This document shows, one piece after another, positions 57,410 to 64,000 of a stretch of DNA of 64,000 nucleotides. The position numbers were made by a program, and so were the translations under genes. The notes under the pieces were generated by a model. That model saw only the letters and a list, made by a program, of their open reading frames with translations. It was not told where the DNA came from and did not search any database. The DNA is from Squalus acanthias (lineage: Eukaryota), in assembly GCA_030390025.1 (NCBI GenBank), contig CM059435.1, positions 30,380,001 through 30,444,000 on the forward strand, written 5' to 3'. Numbering within the stretch: position 1 is the stretch's first letter; every line of letters begins with the position of its first letter.

Positions 57410-59141
57410 GGGCTGTATTTTGCCGGCGCTCAAGGTTGGGTTTGGAGGCGGGTCCACTGTCAAAATAGCAAAGATTGACAGCGGGTTTCCTACCCGCTGT
57501 CAACCCGCCTCCACGCGAGTCTCCCAGGTGTCGGGTCTGTCAGTGGAGAACTGACCCGACACCAAGGGGTGGGGGAGACAATTGAGCTCATTAAATGGCT
57601 TGTTAAAAGCCAATTTAATGGTATTTTGAGGCTTCCTTTCAATTTTACTTGCTCCCCATGGGTTACCCGTTGCTCGGGGAACACGCCAGCTCACCCTGGC
57701 ATGAGTTGAGTCTGCTCTGATGTTTCTGATAAGCTGACAGCTGCAGAAGTGGTGTAAAGGATGCCATGTTGCAGATGGTCAGTTTCAGAGCGCAGAAAAT
57801 GTTGGTTACTGCATTTGTAAGATATATAGAGATTTCTTTAGCTTGCAAGTGTTTAGAGCCAACTGTATGTCCAGTGCCACCTCATTGAAGCAAGCTCTCT
57901 CACCATTGACAGACCGCTTCTGTCATCTCACCTGCAGCTGCCATCTATTGCAGCAACGTCGGTGCCCTAGAAACTATCTCACCTTGCTCCTCTGATTCCT
58001 TCCACGCTCAGCCCCAACACCAACATCACCAGGCATACCAGCAGCACCAACAACAACACCAACCTTCTCTGCCATCACCTGATGCAGCACAGGACACAGG
58101 GCATCAGCCCCTGACAACATTGCTGCCCGGGATGCCAGCGATGGCATCACCATGGCCAGATTTACTTCACTTGACGCTGTTAACCCTGGCTGCCACATGA
58201 TGCGCCAGGTTGACACCATCCCACACCAGCACCATAAAACATCCCTTTAATGTCCAAGCCATTCATGAACACTCATCACTATAGCGGGGTGGGGGTGGGG
58301 TGGGGGGAGTTATGTCTCAACATTCACTGGAACTCAGTAAGACACTTCTCAAGGTGCGCACAGATCTGTCCAAAAAGGGGCAGTGTTGAAAATATAGATT
58401 TCAATGTATGACAACACATTACCAGAAACTTCACGTGAACATTGGCTGAACCTCTCATGTGCCTACCCTTGTGTGTTGTTAGTTGGTATGCTTGCAGTAG
58501 GATGAGGGTGAGTGTGAGGGGTGGCTAGTGAGATGGGAAAGTGATAATGTAGATAGAGAGGGATGGGTGGAGGTGCAAGGTAAGTTGGTGTGAGTAAGGA
58601 TGTGCAGGAGAAAGGTATGGAAGGCAGAGTGATGGGGATGTGTTGAGTGGCACAGCAGGGTGAGTTTGAGTGTGGCTTTGCAGTAACGTTTCGTGATCCA
58701 CTGAGATCATTGAAAGGTTGGTGCCACTGCAGCCAGGGACCCCTGACGATATCTCTGCTTTTGCCCTCCTGTGCAATGTGCAACCAGGCTGCATTGGTGT
58801 CCCGGGAAGGTCTCTTCCGCCCTTGGAAGGGAAGAGAACCTCCCTGTGTGCTGTGACTCCCTCCATTGCATCCAGGTCCACTCACAGCAAAAGCCAGGCA
58901 GGTCCACTCACAGCAAAGGCCAGGCAATCTCTGAGACCAGGCAGTCTCTGCAATGATGACATCATCAGAGGTGACTTTCAGACTCAAACCACTAATTGGT
59001 TCATGGGTTCCCACATGCTGGAACTCAATTGCCCAATTAAGTTAAAATTGCATCATTCATCCACATTAATCTGGAGTCGGGGGGGCAACACGAAATGCGG
59101 ATCACACGACCCCAACCCGACCCCAAGACAAAATCCAGCCC
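57410..59141 (-). mobile_element. Non-autonomous Harbinger related to 25938-27733 (Myb exon 1 and intron), with a different right arm
   Basis: TIR GGGCTGTATTTTG / GGGCTGGATTTTG; EGVTAHREVLFPS...AWLHIAQEGKSRDIVRGPWLQWHQPFNDL; TSD not preserved. Confidence 0.8.
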
Positions 59142-59152
59142 TAAGAGTCTTA

Positions 59153-60027
59153 GGGGGAAAAATTCAGTTGGTTGCGCCTTAAGAGGGTGCTAATGGGGCA
59201 CAAAGCAACTAGCACCCGAGCGCAGCGATGTTTGCGCCGCTCGGGAAATTAACCAGACATTTTGCGGCAGCGCTAAACACTACCGCCACGATCTCCTGCG
59301 CCAGCAGATCGTGACGTCAGTCGAGTTCGCAACACCCCGGTAGCGCCCTGGAGCGTATACTGAGTGGCGCCCCCTGCCTCACCGTGTGCTGCTAGCAACG
59401 ACAGGTTGAGGGGAGCGTTTTGCAGTCAGGAAGGGACTGGGGGAGCGCTAATTAAAGGCGACCACTTCCTGCCTTTTTTTGTTGGTGACATTTTTGAACC
59501 ACGCATTCTGAGAGAGAGACACTTCTGGAGAGATTCAATGCTGTGTGAAGGAGTTTTGGGTACTAAGCAGCACTTTGCAGGTTCATTTTGATTTGCCCGT
59601 CATTGTATTGATTTAGAAGAGACTGTGGGGGCTGCACTCTGAGCTCTTTCCCTGGTTCTCTCCATTGATCTTTCCAGCAGATTTGATGTACAGGTCTCTC
59701 CAGGCCGAGATTCAAGGCTGCAATGAGCAGGATGTGGATGGAAAGCAAGATCAGCCCTCCCCTTTAAGAACTGGCAGGGGCCATTGTGTGTGTGTTCCAT
59801 TGCTGACTGACATCACATGAGCTTCGCCAGCGCTCTGAGGTAGCGCCTCGCTCCTCGGCCTTTGCGCCTTAAGACAGTTGTGTAGCGCCTGATTTAGCGC
59901 TCCAATCACCGCCAGGGGCGATAAAAGCCAAGTTTGCAGTCGGAGGCGATAATTAGCGCCAGGTGCTAATCTTTGCGCCCGGCCGATAATTGCGCCCCAA
60001 ATGGGGCGATACTGAATTTCTCCCCCC
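59153..60027. mobile_element. GC-rich Harbinger deletion derivative (MITE)
   Basis: TIR GGGGGAAAAATTCAGT / GGGGAGAAATTCAGT; left arm related to 32727; Myb-like start MERTRERAQ on the minus strand at ~59640-59666. Confidence 0.78.
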
Positions 60028-61253
60028 TTTTTAGTTATTTAAAATTGGGTTTACTCACAGGTGGTGGACTTGACACTCTGATTAAAATGCTTATTTTTTG
60101 TGATTAACTCATTTTCTGCCGTATTAATCAAACTGTATCAAGTTACCCATCTTAAATATATCACGGAATATTTTTTAAAGCAAACATTTTTTTAAAAATT
60201 ACCTTCTAACACGCTGACCGATTGTGCTGGTTCATGGCAGATTTTACGTGTGGCGATATGCAAATGAGTTTGAGCGGAAATTCAAGAAAAAAAAACACTT
60301 CTCAAAACTGGCACAATTTTGGCCGCAATTTGTGCCTGGATTGCTGATTGCGCCCAGAGTGGAAACTCTACTTCATGTTTCTCATAAAGTCTCAAACGTG
60401 AATACAAAATAATTGGACATTTACTGGCTGAGTATTAACACCAGTAACCACGTCTGAAACAATGCACAAGTTATGAAACAAATTAATTTAATCCTTAGTC
60501 TTGACACATTTCATTTATAAATCATGCATGCAGTGCTTCTGATTTCAGTGTCAGAAATAAATCCATTTGACGCAAGTACAGCTTCTATATGCCTCATCAC
60601 TAATCTGCTGAACACAGCCTCCCTAATATGTGCCAGAGACTGCTTGCCTGTGAGAGGAGAAAATTCGAAACACATGTTTGGATTTTGTCATTAATAGCTT
60701 TTTATGAAAGCTTACCGGTTACTTGCAGCTATTAGGCCAACTTAAGGAACTGTACCCACAAGCACACACTAATTAGGACATAACTATAGGATGACAATTT
60801 CCCCCTCACCTTGTGAAGAGTGTTAGACCATTGATCCACTCTCTGAAGCTCTTCACTCCACCGTCTGTACTCAGGGCTTTTCAGGTCTTTCTCTTATACC
60901 CTTTTTTAGGGTAGACCTGGGATAGAATATTGACAAGACCATTTAGCCTGTAAGGATTACATTCTTTTTAATGATTTATGGCACTATATGCCCTTTCCTT
61001 TATGTTAGCAGTGCTTTGCAATTTTAATCTGAAGCATGGTTGAAGTCATGAAAATTAATCAGATGACACTAATTAAATCTCGATCTAGAGGGGACTTTGT
61101 TACACTGCGGTGGCATTTTATAGCTTTTCAAATGACAGCCATAACTTATTGACTGTACTGTTCTGTACAAGCTGTTCTCATTAAGGTTGAGAAAAGCAGT
61201 CACAGCTTCTTCAATTAGTATAATATTGGCATTTTGCAAACACCAGATATTAA

Positions 61254-62950
61254 GGTCCCGATATTAAATCGGAGGTGTGTTGGTAGCGTTGGGGGGGTCC
61301 GATATCACAAGGGAAACCCAGAAGTAAGTTCAACGCACCTATCTGTGGCATTTTAACGCAGCCACCTCATTATCATTTTACTTCTGGCTTTGCCGTCGAT
61401 TGTGTTGCAGCGAGCGTGATGAGGGCCTGCACGACATGATCTCAACTCCAGTATTTAAACGGCCAGTGCAAAGATGGAATTTGGAGGTGTGGGGAGGTTT
61501 GGCACAGAAACACCAATTGCAGAATATGGACTCAGAATGCTCAAAGGCTGAGCCTTGCTTTAATGATGCCTCCCTTGATATATTGCTGGAGGCTGTGAGG
61601 AGCTGAAGAGAAATACTGTTCCCCAGCAACGGGAGGAAGAAACCTGCTGCTGTTACAAAGAAGATAAGGCTGCAGGTGGCCGAGGAGGTCAGCAGCAGGA
61701 GCATTGTGCCACGCTCCTAGATTCAGTGCAGGAAGCATTTTAATTACCTAACCAGGTCAGGAAAGGTGAGTTCATTTGCACATTCACCTATATCCTGCTG
61801 TGCGCAACACCCCACCCCCTTACTATGCCTTGTCAAGGCTATTCCATCACATCACTCTACACACCCACTTACCTTGCAAGCGCACCCATCCTTTTCTTTC
61901 TATGCACTTCCTCACCTCCCCAACTATCCATCCTACACTGTCACTCACCCTCATCTTTATGCAATGTCATGGCTCTCCCTGACAGTCACCCTCAACAAAT
62001 GCACTGCATGCATCGGGTGAACACTTACCATTACACTCACTCGTAGGTCTGTTCTTTCCTCCATTGCAGGAGAAGAGAGCATAGAACACGAGGGAGAGGG
62101 AGAGAACCGGAGGTGGTCCACCACACATTTCCCAGCTGACAAGAGCAGAGGAGGAAGCGCTGGAGATCAATGGCGTTTCAGCGTCCTTGGCCGTCGGAGA
62201 TGGGGACCTCCCAGCTACCTGCTGACACAATTAAATATCAGCGACCCCCATGTCATACAACACTCAAGTCATGTTGACTTGATTTCAACAGTGAGTGAAA
62301 TATGATCATCTTCATAATTATAAGTTGCAACATTTTTACCTTGCCAGTACTAATTCATATCTTTTATCTCCATGTGTGCAGTAACAGTCTGTGGACCTCG
62401 AGGACGACGATTCCTCAGAGGAGCTGATTCGCTCTGAGGGTGCACCATCACAGGACTCATGCTTACCACGCATCAGCTCAGATACTCGCACTTTGGTAGG
62501 ACCTGTTAGAGAGATAGTTGAGTTTTCACCTGGTGATTCACACTTCACCAGGTGGTGGCAGGTACAGCAGTGGAGAGTCTGCATTGGAGGGTGCAGCCCT
62601 CTCCAAGCTCTGCTTAGCTGGACACACATGCTGTACCCCGAGGGAGGTGGATGAAAAGGAGAATCATTGAATCAGAGAATGTGCAATGTGCTGACAGGCC
62701 TTCCAAGCACACTGACCACGATTGCAGAGAGAATGGAGGAGGCTGCCTCAAACATGAGTGGGTTGATGTCACAGGGCATTGCGATGATGTGTTCTTCCAT
62801 GGATAGAGTGGCCAGATCATCAAACGCAGCGATCCAATGAGTCCGTGCACGCCTTGACCATGGCCGTTCAGACTCTGGATGCCATCATGTTTTCCACCTT
62901 AAATAGGATGACAGTTACCTTAGCCTTGGCCTTACAGCACCACACTGATC
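61254..62950 (+). pseudogene. Harbinger end plus decayed spliced Myb/SANT-like gene (exon 1 61526-61765, exon 2 from 62070, exon 3 from ~62382), cut by L2
   Basis: MDSECSKAEPCFNDASLDILLEAVRS*REILFPSNGRKKP...QVAEEVSSRSIVPRS*IQCRKHFNYL; donor GTGAGT at 61766; acceptor CCATTGCAG at 62069; EKRA*NTRERERTGGGPP. Confidence 0.82.
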
Positions 62951-62951
62951 T

Positions 62952-64000
62952 ACAACTACAACTTACACCTTGCATTTATATAGTGCCTTTAACATAACAA
63001 AACGTTCTAAGGTGCTTAACAAAAGCGATATCAATAAAAACATTTTTGACACCGAGCCACAGAAGGAAATAACAGGACAGGTGACCAAAAGCTTGGTCAA
63101 AGAGGTAGGTTTTAAGGAGCATCTTAAAGGAGGAGAGAGAGGTAGGGGGGCAGAGAGGTTTAGGGAGGGTATTCCAGAGCTTAGGGACAAGGCAGCTGAA
63201 AGCACGGCCGCCAATGGTGGAGCAATTAAAATTGGGGATGCACAAGAGGCCAGAATTGGAGGAGTGCAGAGACCTCTAAGGCTTGTCGGGCTGGAGGAGG
63301 TTAGAGAGATAGGGAGGGGCGAGGCCATGGAGGGATCGGAAAACAAGGATGAAGATTTTAAAATTGAGGCATTGTCAGACCAGGAGCCAATATAGGTCAG
63401 CAAGCACAGGGGTGATGGGTGAACGAGACTTGGAGGGAGTTAAGATACGGGTAGCAGAGTTTTGGATGAGCACAAGTTTATGTAGGATGGAAGATGGGAG
63501 TACGGCCAGGAGAGCATTGGAATAGTCAAGTCTAGAGGTAACAAAGGCATGGATGAGGGTTTCAGCAGCAGATGAGCTGAGGCAGGGGCGGGGTCGGGCA
63601 ATGTTACGGAGGTGGAAGTAGGCAGACTTGGTGATGGAGCGGATATATGGCTGAAAGCTCATCTCGGGGTCAAACACACTGACCACGATTGCAGAGAGAA
63701 TGGAGGAGGCTGCCTCAAACATGAATGGGTTGATGACACAGGGCATTGCGATGATGTGTTCTTCCATGGATAAGGTTCCGAACGGTCTGCTCAGCTTCAT
63801 ACAGTTGCCAGGGATGGAAACGGTGGCCAAGGAACGGAGTTTGTGGTGGGGACTGAAGACAATGGCTTCAGTTTTGCCAAGATTTAGTTGGAGGAAATTT
63901 CTGCTCATCCAATATTGGATGTCGGCTCAGCAGTGTGACAAATCAAAGACAGTGCAGGGGTCCAGAGAGATGGTGGTGAGATAGAGCTGAGTGTCGTCAG
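62952..64000 (-). mobile_element. L2 LINE 3' part running off the window end
   Basis: MSRNFLQLNLGKTEAI, ETLIHAFVTSRLDYSNALL, IQNSATRIL, GGRAFSCLVPKLWNTLP; CAA-type tail. Confidence 0.92.

Overview
Repeat-dominated vertebrate DNA, most likely intronic or intergenic sequence from a cartilaginous fish (shark). That assignment is inferred from Deu-domain tRNA-SINEs, CR1/L2 LINEs with microsatellite tails, and intron-containing PIF/Harbinger elements. I cannot confidently identify any host protein-coding exon; every long ORF belongs to a transposable element. Contents: (i) several CR1 LINE fragments with RT motifs, including two near-identical young copies in inverted orientation whose 3' end module is duplicated; (ii) L2 and CR1/Zenon-like LINE 3' ends; (iii) more than a dozen PIF/Harbinger pieces, namely spliced Myb/SANT-like genes, HARBI1-like transposase remnants and non-autonomous MITEs with 3-bp TSDs and recurring palindromic motifs; (iv) two unrelated ~1.5-1.6 kb solo LTRs (TG...CA, perfect 4-bp TSDs); (v) three Penelope-like insertions, each with a 14-bp TSD and a minimal hammerhead-ribozyme motif; (vi) a ~45-copy, indel-free 30-bp minisatellite; (vii) a SINE-LINE chimera and a 98-bp locally templated insertion. 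Family names come from recalled motif similarity, not database searches, and boundaries of old decayed copies are approximate.
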